Below, in pieces: positions 20,965 to 30,483 of a DNA stretch of 64,000 bases (positions within the stretch are counted from its first letter, which is position 1; every line of letters starts with the position of its first letter). The notes below the pieces were generated by a model, which saw only the letters and a program-made list of their open reading frames with translations, was not told where the DNA came from and did not search any database. The DNA is from an uncultured Planctomycetaceae bacterium (lineage in GTDB: Bacteria > Planctomycetota > Planctomycetia > Planctomycetales > Planctomycetaceae): contig CAXBME010000008.1 of assembly GCA_963976765.1 (NCBI GenBank), forward strand, positions 124,001 to 188,000. Direction: 5' to 3'. Made by a program: the position numbers and the translations under genes.

Positions 20965-21618
20965 ATGGAACTGTCTCGACGTGGATTTATTGCCGCCGGT
21001 GCTGCTGCCGCGGCCAGTGTTGCCCCGGCCATTTCCAGTGCGGCCGAAACAACAGTCGCCGCAGCGCCGAAAGCCGGTGAGCTGAACACTCAATTGCTCG
21101 GCACACTGCTCCAGGCAATGGGTCTGAAACCGGACAAAGTTGAACAGCGATACGACTTCATCTTTCGATCGATCCATGACCGCGAGGAATGGGATCTTTC
21201 GATGACCGCCGTCATGAGTGCCGACAACTCATCGATCTGGGTCATGGCCTGGCTGGACGATCTGCCGAAATCGGCTGCGGACGTGCCGCGAACCGCTCTG
21301 CTGCGACTGCTGGCTGCCAACGATCGTCTTGGCAAAGGCAAGTTTTTTGCCTACGTCGCCAGCAACCGGCGTTTCGTTCTGCAGCGAGTTGTTCCGAACC
21401 AGAACATCTCAACTCGGATGTTCGCCGACGTGTTGAAAGATCTCGGAGCGAGCGTCGTCGAGTCGTACCCTCAGTGGTCAACCGCCGCGTGGAGCAGCTC
21501 GGCTCCGGCGACCAGCAATGTTGCCGACGGTGGACAGCCCGCGTCTGGATCGCTGGACGGAGCTGGTAAAGCTCCGACAAGAACTGCCGCGCAGCCGGGG
21601 CAAACGAAAATACAGTAA
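20965..21618 (+). CDS. Tat-exported protein with CesT/YbjN-like (T3SS-chaperone-like) domain
   Basis: Twin-arginine signal SRRGFI followed by an Ala-rich h-region; the core SIWVMAWL...LLRLLAANDRLG...F resembles the chaperone fold (fold call is an inference). Confidence 0.6.
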   Translation: MELSRRGFIAAGAAAAASVAPAISSAAETTVAAAPKAGELNTQLLGTLLQAMGLKPDKVEQRYDFIFRSIHDREEWDLSMTAVMSADNSSIWVMAWLDDLPKSAADVPRTALLRLLAANDRLGKGKFFAYVASNRRFVLQRVVPNQNISTRMFADVLKDLGASVVESYPQWSTAAWSSSAPATSNVADGGQPASGSLDGAGKAPTRTAAQPGQTKIQ

Positions 21619-21668
21619 CCAGCGCTGTGTTTCGTGAGATGCAAACGCGACGTCGATAATTTTCAAAG

Positions 21669-21706
21669 AGGCCGCGTCGATCCTGGATCGCCGCGGCCTG
21701 TTTCTT
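21669..21706 (+). terminator. intrinsic (possibly bidirectional) terminator
   Basis: AGGCCGCGTCGATC-CTG-GATCGCCGCGGCCT followed by GTTTCTT, located between convergent genes. Confidence 0.65.
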
Positions 21707-21815
21707 GAGCTGTTTCGTTGAGCCGAAATGTTTGCTGGCGAATCGGTGTTTTCGCAGCGGTTTGCTTTTCCGGAGGATGGTTGCCAACAATCGAACAGGC
21801 TGCGGCGGATGTAGC

Positions 21816-22724
21816 TCATTTAACCGGTTGAGTGCTCAGCAGATGCTGACGTACGAACGTGGTTGCTCGTTGGGACGTGTCTCGACCGGCGCCGGCGACT
21901 CCGTGGTTTCCGCCTGGGATAACGACGAGTTCTGATTCGACGCCGAGTGTTTTGAGTTTCTGGTGAAGGTTCGCAGCATGCTGAATTGGCACAATGTCGT
22001 CCTTGTCGCCGTGTACCTGCATGATCGGCGGATCGTCTTTGCTGGCAAACGAGATCGGTGAGACGTCTTTAACCAGCTTTGAAGCGAGATCAGCCGCCGG
22101 AGTACCTGGTTCGTAGCCGATCAATTGACGGTAGGCCGGATGGCGGTGTTCGATGCTGTTGAGCAGTGTCCAGTCTGTCGGACCGGCGAAGCTGACGGCG
22201 CAGGCGACTCGCGAGGAATTGTGCTGCACCGGATCGTCCGACTTTGAGTCAGCTGCGTCGTCGTGCAGGGCGACGTACGCCGAGAGATGACCGCCCGCTG
22301 ATCCGCCGGTGACTCCCAGTCGATTCGGGTTGATGTTCCATTTCCTGGCATTCTGACGGACGAACTGAATCGCTCGCAGGCAGTCGTTAACCTGGGCAGG
22401 GTGAGTCGCGACATTGGTGAAGCGATACTCCACGGAAACGACTGAGAGCTGGCCGTCGGCCACGAACGTCTTCAGCCAGCCGGGGATGTTGTTTTTTGAA
22501 CCGGCGCGCCAGCCACCTCCGTGAATATAGATCATGGCCGGTGTGGGCTTGTCGGATTCTGCCAGATAAACATCGACGCATTGCGACGGGTGATCGTCAT
22601 CGTACGCAACGTCACGCAGCGAGGGGGTGACATTTCGAGCCTGCCCGAAACCCGGCTCGGCTGAAGCGAGCAGTAGGAAGCCGATGACGGCGCAGGCGAA
22701 TATCGTTTTCAGACTTGCACGCAT
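21816..22724 (-). CDS. exported alpha/beta hydrolase (HSL-family esterase/lipase)
   Basis: HGGGW, GGSAGG nucleophile elbow, HGDKDDIVP and GGNHG; signal peptide from ATG 22724. Confidence 0.92.
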   Translation of the reverse strand: MRASLKTIFACAVIGFLLLASAEPGFGQARNVTPSLRDVAYDDDHPSQCVDVYLAESDKPTPAMIYIHGGGWRAGSKNNIPGWLKTFVADGQLSVVSVEYRFTNVATHPAQVNDCLRAIQFVRQNARKWNINPNRLGVTGGSAGGHLSAYVALHDDAADSKSDDPVQHNSSRVACAVSFAGPTDWTLLNSIEHRHPAYRQLIGYEPGTPAADLASKLVKDVSPISFASKDDPPIMQVHGDKDDIVPIQHAANLHQKLKTLGVESELVVIPGGNHGVAGAGRDTSQRATTFVRQHLLSTQPVK

Positions 22725-22858
22725 GAGTGTTGACTCCTGACAGGTCACAAAAATTAACACGGAGCACTCTATCTCGCGTCTGGTCATTCAGGAAGTGGGG
22801 CCGGTTTGCTTTATTCGTGGTCGGCTCGTCTAATAAATGAAGTCAGCTCAATGCAGCG

Positions 22859-23611
22859 ATGACTTTGTTTTCAAAGGTTGTAACCGGAATGTCAGCACCG
22901 TCCGACGTCAGGCAGCGGGAGTTTGGTTCAACGGACTGGAGCATCGTCAGGCAACTTGACGGTCCAGATGCCGAGCAGGCACTGGCGAAATTGTGTGAGC
23001 AGTACTGGCAGCCGCTTTACGCCTATGTGCGAAGTAAAGTGCGGGACGTTCACAAGGCTCAGGATTTGACTCAGGGGTTCTTTACTCAGGTGGTGGCGAA
23101 GGATTCATTGCGTCAGGCAGCACCGGAACGCGGTCGGTTCCGATCGTTCGTGCTGGCGTCGCTGAAGAATTTCATGGCGAATGAGTACGCGGCCGAGAAT
23201 ACTCAACGCCGGGGTGGGAGCTACCGACAGGTGTCGCTCGACTTTGACGACGGCGATCAGTATTTCAGTCGGGCGGCAGTTGAGTCGATGACCCCCGAGC
23301 GGGTTTTTGATCGAGTGTGGACGCTGACTCTGCTCGACCGCGTCGCAGACCGACTTCGAATTGAGCATGAAGAAGCAGGAGAAGCAGCCCGTTTTGAAAT
23401 GCTGAAGACAACGCTGACGTCGGCGGGGCGAGGCTCGAAGTACGATGAAATCGCGGAGAAGTTACAGGTGACCGAAGCGGCGGCACGACAGGCTGCCTCG
23501 CGACTGCGGAAACGCTATCGCGAACTGCTGCGTCTGGAAGTAGGGCGAACGCTCGCCGACAACGATGACATCGACGACGAAATTCGCCAGATGTTCGCGT
23601 CGCTGGGGTAG
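22859..23611 (+). CDS. ECF sigma-70 factor (planctomycete type)
   Basis: FGSTDWSIV, LCEQYWQPLYAY, AQDLTQGFF, RGRFRSF and region-4 HTH YDEIAEKLQVTEAAARQAASRLRKR. Confidence 0.9.
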   Translation: MTLFSKVVTGMSAPSDVRQREFGSTDWSIVRQLDGPDAEQALAKLCEQYWQPLYAYVRSKVRDVHKAQDLTQGFFTQVVAKDSLRQAAPERGRFRSFVLASLKNFMANEYAAENTQRRGGSYRQVSLDFDDGDQYFSRAAVESMTPERVFDRVWTLTLLDRVADRLRIEHEEAGEAARFEMLKTTLTSAGRGSKYDEIAEKLQVTEAAARQAASRLRKRYRELLRLEVGRTLADNDDIDDEIRQMFASLG

Positions 23612-23676
23612 TTGTCAGAAAGTATGCCACTGGCCTGGCTCAGGTGCGCCCTGCGGAGTCTCGCGTTGAGCGGTTG

Positions 23677-24660
23677 TTACTCTGCGGCGCAGGTTGCGGG
23701 AACTGCTTCTGGATATTGGAGCGTGCCGACGATGTCGCTGACGCTGGCAACGCCTTCTGAATCAAGCAGGCTATTGAGTTCGCCAGGCAGCCGAGACGCC
23801 AGGCCGGGTGAGTAGAAGCTGGCGGTGCCGATCTGGACGGCGGATGCGCCAGCGACGAGAAATTCCATCACGTCGTCGAGATTCTGAATTCCGCCAACGC
23901 CGATGATGGGGACGTCGACCGCTTTGGCGACCTGACAGACAATTCTCAGAGCGACCGGCTTGATGGCTGGTCCGCTGAGGCCTCCGAAGACGTTACCCAG
24001 AATTGGCTTGCGGCGGCGCCAGTCGATCGCGACTCCCATCAGCGTGTTGATCAGCGTGACTGCGTCGGCGCCTCCTTCGGCCGCCGCCGCAGCGATCTCG
24101 ACGATGTTCGTCACGTTGGGAGTCAGTTTCGCAATGATTGGCAGTTTGCACTTTTCACGGACGGCTGAAATGACGGCATGCGTCATTTCGGGATTCGTCG
24201 CGAAGTCGACTCCGCCGCTGACATTCGGGCAGGACATGTTCAATTCGACGCCCGCCAGTTGCGGGAAAGCATTGAGCTTTTCCGCGAGCACGACGAATTC
24301 TTCCGCGTTATGTCCGGCGACATTGGCGATGATCGGGCAGTCGAGGCTCGTCAGGTAGCCGATGTGTTTCTCGATAAATGTGTCGATGCCGTCGTTATCC
24401 AGCCCGATTGAATTGAGTAGTCCGCAACTGGTCTCGACTGTGCGAGGCGGTGGGTTCCCCTCGCGAGGCAGCAGGGTCACTGTCTTCGGGATAATCCCGC
24501 CGAGCTGTCTGAAATCGACGAATGCGGTGGCCTCTTTTGCGTACCCGAACGTTCCCGACGCGACGAGGATCGGGTTGCGAAGCTTCAGGCGGTTCAGTTC
24601 AACGGTCAGGTTGGCCAACGGTCTCTCCAGTCGTGATTTTTCGACGCGTTTTTGAGCCAC
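23677..24660 (-). CDS. pyrD: dihydroorotate dehydrogenase, family 1
   Basis: [40 protein letters not shown] and [10 protein letters not shown]. Confidence 0.95.
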   Translation of the reverse strand: MAQKRVEKSRLERPLANLTVELNRLKLRNPILVASGTFGYAKEATAFVDFRQLGGIIPKTVTLLPREGNPPPRTVETSCGLLNSIGLDNDGIDTFIEKHIGYLTSLDCPIIANVAGHNAEEFVVLAEKLNAFPQLAGVELNMSCPNVSGGVDFATNPEMTHAVISAVREKCKLPIIAKLTPNVTNIVEIAAAAAEGGADAVTLINTLMGVAIDWRRRKPILGNVFGGLSGPAIKPVALRIVCQVAKAVDVPIIGVGGIQNLDDVMEFLVAGASAVQIGTASFYSPGLASRLPGELNSLLDSEGVASVSDIVGTLQYPEAVPATCAAE

Positions 24661-24862
24661 GTCAAAACGGCTTATGGGCAGTCGGCGAGATTATGCCGAA
24701 ATGTCCGCCGCTCGTGAACCAGGTCAGAGTGTTCTGGCTTCAGCGACAAAGTGTGCAGCGACCCGGTTGGCAGCCGCACGCTATTGGCTCACTGTGCGGT
24801 CAGGGCACGCTTTCGGTGCGTCGCGCTCTGAGTTCAGGGCGGTTGACGCACACTTTTGAATC

Positions 24863-24877
24863 TGGCACGCTGATTGC
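24863..24877 (+). promoter_or_regulatory. sigma54 (-24/-12) promoter
   Basis: TGGCACG-CTGA-TTGC, an exact GG-N10-GC consensus about 70 nt upstream of the 24950 ORF. Confidence 0.7.
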
Positions 24878-24949
24878 CCGCTCCCGTCCTCCCCTCCCCG
24901 AATTTTCCCGCCAAGATGACCCTCCCAGATGAAACAGTGGTGATTTACC

Positions 24950-26326
24950 GTGCACAGCTTACGAATTACCCACGCGTCGTCTCGTTCAAAGTCTCCTGCA
25001 ATATTAAACCTGCTGCTCAAACTGCTCCTGGTGTCGGGTGTCGCGTTGGGACGTGGAGAGCTGGCCATTGCGCAGCTTGAGTTCGAAGGGGCGCCGATCA
25101 ACTACGAGACCTCGCCAGTCAGCGATCCGGTTGCGAAGTTGCAGCAGAAGCTCGACGCGGGCGAAGCCTCGCTGAAGTGGGACGAGAAACACGGCTGGCT
25201 ACCGTCTGTGCTCGAGCAGCTTAACGTGCCGCAGTCGTCACAGCTGCTGGTTTTTTCAAAGACAAGTCTTCAGTTGCGGCGAATCATGCCGAGCCGGCCG
25301 CGAGCCCTCTACTTCAACGATGAGACTTACATCGGCTGGGTGCAGCGAGGTGACGTCGTTGAGGTTTCGGCCGTCGATCCGCAGCAAGGCGCGATTTTTT
25401 ACACGCTCAAGCAGCAGATCTCGGAGTCACCGAAGTTTGTACGTGACCGTGGCCAGTGTCTGATCTGCCATGCTTCGAGCCGGACGCAGGGAGTGCCCGG
25501 CCATCTGGTCCGGTCAGTTTATCCTTCGCGCGACGGTCAGCCTCACTTCGGGCTGGGGACGATCACGACGGACCACTCGACGCCGTTCGAAAAGCGGTTT
25601 GGTGGTTGGTACGTGACAGGGACGCATGGTGAGATGCGACATCTTGGAAACGCGATTGCTGACGACAACCGTGCTGACCCGATTGATTCCGAGCCGGGGG
25701 CGAATCTGGAAAGTCTCGGTCGACTGTTCAGAACTTCGTCATATCTCCAGCCGACGAGTGATCTGGTGGCGCTGATGCTCCTGGAGCATCAATCGCAGAT
25801 GCACAACCTGATCACGCGGGCATCGTTCGAGGCTCGACGGGCAAAGCACCACGACACAGTCATGAACGCCGCATTGAAACGTCCGGACGACTACGTGAGT
25901 GAAAGCACGGGGCGACGCATCGACTCGGCGGCGGAGAAGCTGGTCGAGTATCTGCTGTTTGCGGATGAGTTTCCGCTGACGTCTCCAGTTGCCGGTGTCT
26001 CAGGTTTCGCGGATGAGTTTTCGAAACTCGGCCCACGTGACGGCAACGGAAGATCGTTGCGGGACTTCGATCTCCAGGCGCGACTTTTCCGATACCCGTG
26101 CAGCTTCCTGATCTACTCGGAAGCGTTCGATGCAATGCCGGAGCCGATGCTCGACGCGGTCTATTCCCGTTTGCACAATATTTTGAACGAGAAAGACGAG
26201 ACTTCGACTGACGCCCCGTTTGCTCATTTGAGTCGTGACGATCGAACCGCCATACGCGAGATCCTCGCGGAAACAAAGCCAGCGTTTCGGAAGTGGATGG
26301 TCGGAGTTTCCAACGACTCACCGTGA
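24950..26326 (+). CDS. conserved-type exported protein with one CxxCH heme motif
   Basis: Signal-like N-terminus; SQLLVFSKTSLQ, PRALYF, CLICH, RFGGWYVTG, RSLRDFDL and YPCSFLIYS. Start position uncertain. Confidence 0.8.
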   Translation: MHSLRITHASSRSKSPAILNLLLKLLLVSGVALGRGELAIAQLEFEGAPINYETSPVSDPVAKLQQKLDAGEASLKWDEKHGWLPSVLEQLNVPQSSQLLVFSKTSLQLRRIMPSRPRALYFNDETYIGWVQRGDVVEVSAVDPQQGAIFYTLKQQISESPKFVRDRGQCLICHASSRTQGVPGHLVRSVYPSRDGQPHFGLGTITTDHSTPFEKRFGGWYVTGTHGEMRHLGNAIADDNRADPIDSEPGANLESLGRLFRTSSYLQPTSDLVALMLLEHQSQMHNLITRASFEARRAKHHDTVMNAALKRPDDYVSESTGRRIDSAAEKLVEYLLFADEFPLTSPVAGVSGFADEFSKLGPRDGNGRSLRDFDLQARLFRYPCSFLIYSEAFDAMPEPMLDAVYSRLHNILNEKDETSTDAPFAHLSRDDRTAIREILAETKPAFRKWMVGVSNDSP

Positions 26327-26376
26327 TGGTGTATGCTGTTATGGCGTGCCGGCTTTCTTGTTTGCGAGGGGATTTT

Positions 26377-26565
26377 ATGCCGACGGCGAAACAGGGCGCT
26401 CTGATCCTGATCAAGGACCTTCCAGATAATGCTTCGTGGGAAGAAATTCAGTATCACCTCTAAGCAAAGCAGAAAATCGATCGAGGCATTGCTGACATTG
26501 ATGATGGCCATGTTGTGTCTCATGATGAAGTTGTTGCAAGGATGTTGAAATGGACCGAGAGCTGA
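26377..26565 (+). pseudogene. type II antitoxin pseudogene (in-frame TAA)
   Basis: Own translation: MPTAKQGALILIKDLPDNASWEEIQYHL*AKQKIDRGIADIDDGHVVSHDEVVARMLKWTES*, with TAA at 26461-26463 and RBS GAGGGG upstream. Confidence 0.8.
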
Positions 26566-26877
26566 TCTGATCTGATCCGATCCGATCCGATGCGGCAGTG
26601 AGTGATCTTGAAAACGTTGTTGAGTTCATTGCCAAAGACTCGCGCGCCTATGCCGCGTCTTTCGTCGGACGTGTTCTGGCGGACGCGACCTCAATTCAGA
26701 ATATGCCGCGAAAGCGGCGGCATCGTGCCCGAGTACGACGATGACAATTTGCGCGAGGTGCTGATAGGCAGTTATCGAATGGTTTACTCCCTGGATGAGT
26801 CAACGGTCAGAATCGTAGTAATTTTTCATGGGGCTCGTTTGATTCAGAACGTAATCGACGATCAAGATCACAAATGA
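26550..26877 (+). pseudogene. RelE/ParE family toxin pseudogene
   Basis: MDRELI*SD..AAVSDLENVVEFIAKDSRAYAASFV...MP, then a frameshift near 26710 into SGGIVPEYDDDNLREVLIGSYRMVY...VIFHGAR; overlaps the antitoxin 3' end. Confidence 0.82.
26562..26591 (+). repeat. pentanucleotide microsatellite (CTGAT)3(CCGAT)3
   Basis: Six tandem 5-mers read directly from the sequence. Confidence 0.9.
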
Positions 26878-26921
26878 AGTAAGTTCATTCGTCCAGAATC
26901 TTCAAAACGATAGAGTGCTGT

Positions 26922-29900
26922 ATGAAAACTACTGCCGTGTTGTGGCTGCCCGTCTTTGTAATATTCTCCGAATCAGTTTCCGCAGCTGATTCGAAGGTCG
27001 ATTTCAATCGAGATATTCGACCGATTCTTTCAGACAACTGCTACGCCTGTCACGGGCCGGATGAGTCGCATCGTGAGGGCGGGTTTCGGCTCGATCGTAA
27101 AGACAGCGCGTTTGGCAAAGCTGATTCGGACAGCGTTGTGATCGTGCCTGGGAAGCCGGAAGCCAGTGAGCTGATCGCCAGGATAGTGACGGATGACGTT
27201 GACCTGCGGATGCCACCAGCGGACTCGACGAAGTCACTGAGCGAAGACCAGATCGATCTATTGAAAAGGTGGGTCGCTCAGGGAGCGACCTGGCGGGAAC
27301 ACTGGGCTTTCATACCGCCGGTGAAGCACGAGCCGCCGATGGTTTCTCAGGCGGCCTGGGTGCGAAATCCGATCGACAGTTTCATCCTGAAGCGGCTGGA
27401 TGACGAAGGGCTGAAGCCGTCGCCGACTGCTTCGAAGGAGTCGCTGATTCGAAGAGTGACGCTCGACCTGACCGGGCTGCCTCCGACGTTGGATGAAGTT
27501 GACGCATTTCTGAACGACCACTCGGAAGACGCTTACGCGAAGGTTGTCGATCGACTGCTCCGGTCGGAACGTTACGGCGAACACATGGCGAGATACTGGC
27601 TCGATGCGGCGAGGTACGGCGACACGCACGGTCTGCACCTGGACAATTATCGCGAGATGTGGCCGTATCGTGACTGGGCCGTGCGCGCGTTCAATCGGAA
27701 CATGCCGTACGACCAGTTTACGGTCGAGCAACTGGCGGGCGATCTTTTACCGAACGCGACGGAAGATCAGATCATCGCGACAGGGTTCAACCGTTGCCAC
27801 GTGACGACCAGCGAAGGTGGGTCGATCGCTGAAGAGGTCCATATCCGAAACGTGGTCGATCGTGTCGTCACGACGGGGACCGTGTTTCTGGGGATGACCT
27901 TCGACTGTACCCGTTGCCACGATCACAAGTACGACCCGTTCACGCAGCGCGATTTTTATTCGATGTCTGCGTTCTTCAATTCGATCGATGGCAACCCGCT
28001 CGATGGAAACAAGAAGGATCATGCTCCCGTCATCAAGGTGTTGACGAGTGAGGAGAAAGGACGAATCGCGGAACTCACGCAGAAAGCGGCAGACGTTCGC
28101 GACGAAATCCTCCTGCAGCTTGCCGAGTACAAGTACGTTGAGCCGGAAACGCCGACTGAAGCGAAGCTTCCTGAACCGACCGAGTTCGTCTGGATTGAAG
28201 ACAGCGTTCCTGAAGGCGGACGTGCTCAAGGCGGTTGGGAATTCGTGACGAAACCAAAGCCGGTATTCAGTGGCGAGAAATCGTCAACCCGGACGGCGAC
28301 GGGACTGAGTCAGCACTTTTTCGACCAGGCGAAGGCGCCGCTGAAAATTGCCGACGGAGACGTCTTCTTCTGCTATGTTTATCTCGACGAAAAGAATCCG
28401 CCCAAAGAAATTATGCTGCAGTTCAATGACGGCTCGTGGGACCATCGAGCGTACTGGGGCAGCGATTCGATCGACTGGGGCAAGAAAGATTCACCGAGTC
28501 GATTCAGCAAAGGTGAGTTGCCTGAAAAGGGTAAATGGGTTCGGCTTGAAGTCTCCGTTGCGGAGGTCGGGTTGAAAGCCGGGGCGATGATTAACGGCTG
28601 GGCGTTCACACAGTTCGATGGGACGGTGTTCTGGGACAAGGCCGGCATTGTCAGCAAGGCGGACCAGACTCCGATTTATGATTCGCTGCTGGTGTGGGAG
28701 CGAGATCAGATTGCTGCGAAAGCCGCGTCCCTGCCGGCAGACATCAGGCCAATCGTGATGCTTGACGTTGCGAAGCGAAACGACGCTCAGCAGAAGCAGT
28801 TGCGGGATTACTTTGTGGAAAATGTCTGCTCAACCACGCGAAGTATTTTCGATCCGCTGCACAAGTCGATTGCCGATGCGGAAACGAAAATTACGGACAT
28901 TCAGAACGCGGCGGCGACGACGCTGGTCTTTCGCGAGAAGAAGGAACCACAACCGGCACACATTCTGAACCGCGGCGAGTATGACCAGAAAAAGGATGAA
29001 GTACCGCGAGCGGTGCCGGCGATTCTACCGCCGCTTCCTCAAGGGGTGCCTGCGAATCGGCTGGGGCTGGCGCGATGGTTGACCAGTCGAGAGCATCCAT
29101 TGATGGCTCGCGTGACGGTGAATCGTTTCTGGCAGCAGCTCTTCGGAACCGGTCTGGTGAAGACATCGGAAGATTTTGGTTCGCAAGGCGAGCCGGCCAG
29201 CCATCCGGAACTGCTCGACTGGCTCGCGGTACAGTTTCAGGATGACGGCTGGGATGTTCAAAAGACGTTGCGCCGCATGGTGATGTCGGCGACTTATCGT
29301 CAGGCGGCGATAGTCCGCGGCTCTGTCGAAAGAGATCCGGAGAACCGGTTGTTATCGCGCGGCCCTCGTTTTCGACTCGACGCTGAAGTGTTGCGGGATC
29401 AGGCGTTGTTCGTCAGCGGCCTGCTTTTCGAGAAACTCGGTGGCCCCAGCGTGAAGCCACCTCAGCCGGACGGTTTGTGGTTTGCGGTCGGCTACAGCGG
29501 GTCGAACACGGTTCGTTTCAAACCCGATACCGGTTCGGACAAGGTCCACCGCCGGACGTTGTATACATTCCTGAAACGAACGGCTCCGGCACCTCAGATG
29601 AGCATTATCGATGCGCCGTCGCGTGAGGCCTGCACTGTCCGTCGCGAGCGGACCAACACACCGCTTCAGGCGTTGCTTCTGCTGAACGATCCGCAATACG
29701 TCGAGTGTGCTCGCGGCCTTGCCGAGCGAGTGCTTCGTGAAGGCGGCCAGACGGATGAATCCAGAGCGGCGTACCTGCTGCGACTTTGTACGGGACGGAA
29801 GCCGCAGGGGGCTGAAGTGGCAGAACTTGTGTCGGCGATTGGCGATTTGCAGTCTGTTTATGAAAAGGACGAAGCGGCGGCTGCGAAACTTGTCGCGACG

Positions 29901-30005
29901 GGTTCGTCTGCAACTGAGGCGTCGGTCCCGGTTTCCAAACTTGCTGCGTGGACGATTGGGGCAAACCTGGTTCTGAATCTGGACGAGGTTCTGACGAAGA
30001 ACTGA
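26922..30005 (+). CDS. PSD1/PSCyt (DUF1549/DUF1553) planctomycete cytochrome c domain protein
   Basis: VDFNRDIRPILSDNCYACHGPD, NPIDSF, YGEHMARYWLDAARYGDT, CTRCHDHKYDP, SHPELLDWLA and TNTPLQAL. Confidence 0.95.
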   Translation: MKTTAVLWLPVFVIFSESVSAADSKVDFNRDIRPILSDNCYACHGPDESHREGGFRLDRKDSAFGKADSDSVVIVPGKPEASELIARIVTDDVDLRMPPADSTKSLSEDQIDLLKRWVAQGATWREHWAFIPPVKHEPPMVSQAAWVRNPIDSFILKRLDDEGLKPSPTASKESLIRRVTLDLTGLPPTLDEVDAFLNDHSEDAYAKVVDRLLRSERYGEHMARYWLDAARYGDTHGLHLDNYREMWPYRDWAVRAFNRNMPYDQFTVEQLAGDLLPNATEDQIIATGFNRCHVTTSEGGSIAEEVHIRNVVDRVVTTGTVFLGMTFDCTRCHDHKYDPFTQRDFYSMSAFFNSIDGNPLDGNKKDHAPVIKVLTSEEKGRIAELTQKAADVRDEILLQLAEYKYVEPETPTEAKLPEPTEFVWIEDSVPEGGRAQGGWEFVTKPKPVFSGEKSSTRTATGLSQHFFDQAKAPLKIADGDVFFCYVYLDEKNPPKEIMLQFNDGSWDHRAYWGSDSIDWGKKDSPSRFSKGELPEKGKWVRLEVSVAEVGLKAGAMINGWAFTQFDGTVFWDKAGIVSKADQTPIYDSLLVWERDQIAAKAASLPADIRPIVMLDVAKRNDAQQKQLRDYFVENVCSTTRSIFDPLHKSIADAETKITDIQNAAATTLVFREKKEPQPAHILNRGEYDQKKDEVPRAVPAILPPLPQGVPANRLGLARWLTSREHPLMARVTVNRFWQQLFGTGLVKTSEDFGSQGEPASHPELLDWLAVQFQDDGWDVQKTLRRMVMSATYRQAAIVRGSVERDPENRLLSRGPRFRLDAEVLRDQALFVSGLLFEKLGGPSVKPPQPDGLWFAVGYSGSNTVRFKPDTGSDKVHRRTLYTFLKRTAPAPQMSIIDAPSREACTVRRERTNTPLQALLLLNDPQYVECARGLAERVLREGGQTDESRAAYLLRLCTGRKPQGAEVAELVSAIGDLQSVYEKDEAAAAKLVATGSSATEASVPVSKLAAWTIGANLVLNLDEVLTKN

Positions 30006-30061
30006 ACGGTCAATGAGGTCCGTCTTTCGCAAGGCTGTTTCAAACGGGGCCGTGGAAAAAA

Positions 30062-30433
30062 ATGAGCACGCGAAACATTGTCATTCCGTTTGAAGGAGCT
30101 GCTGATGGAGAATCGTTTGAAACGCGATTACGCATCGAAGAGCTTCTTGGTAACCACGTCGAAGCGTGTGCTGAAGCAGCGTCGATCTGGGCGAGGCTGC
30201 ATTACGGCCATGCTTCTTATGTCGACGGAAGTCTCGCGGTGAAGTCGGTCAAATTTTCATCAGAGAATTCGGGCATAGCGTCGCTCGGTTTTGAGTGGAC
30301 GTTTCAGGATGGCTGCAGCGACATCTGTCGCGAAGGGGATGGGTATGTGGATGTCACATTTTCGGTTTCGAACGGGCAGCTGAATCTGGCGTGGACCTGG
30401 CCGGAGCAGGCATCCACAGTCGACGAGTTTTGA
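30062..30433 (+). CDS. hypothetical acidic protein
   Basis: 123-aa ORF filling the gap between two operonic genes; no recognised motif. Confidence 0.65.
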   Translation: MSTRNIVIPFEGAADGESFETRLRIEELLGNHVEACAEAASIWARLHYGHASYVDGSLAVKSVKFSSENSGIASLGFEWTFQDGCSDICREGDGYVDVTFSVSNGQLNLAWTWPEQASTVDEF

Positions 30434-30442
30434 ATTTGGCGG

Positions 30443-30465
30443 CAGGTCAGGCTCCGCCTGACCTG
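30443..30465. repeat. REP-like perfect hairpin
   Basis: CAGGTCAGGC-TCC-GCCTGACCTG with no U-tract. Confidence 0.6.
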
Positions 30466-30483
30466 TAGAATCATGAGGTAGTC

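Noticed and set aside
23677..24660. pyrD without adjacent pyrK
   Set aside because: Dispersed pathway genes are routine in this lineage, as with hisB and cysC here.
26562..26591. Tandem repeat as a CRISPR remnant or functional phase-variation switch
   Set aside because: It consists of 5-nt units without spacers, and the toxin has an independent frameshift.
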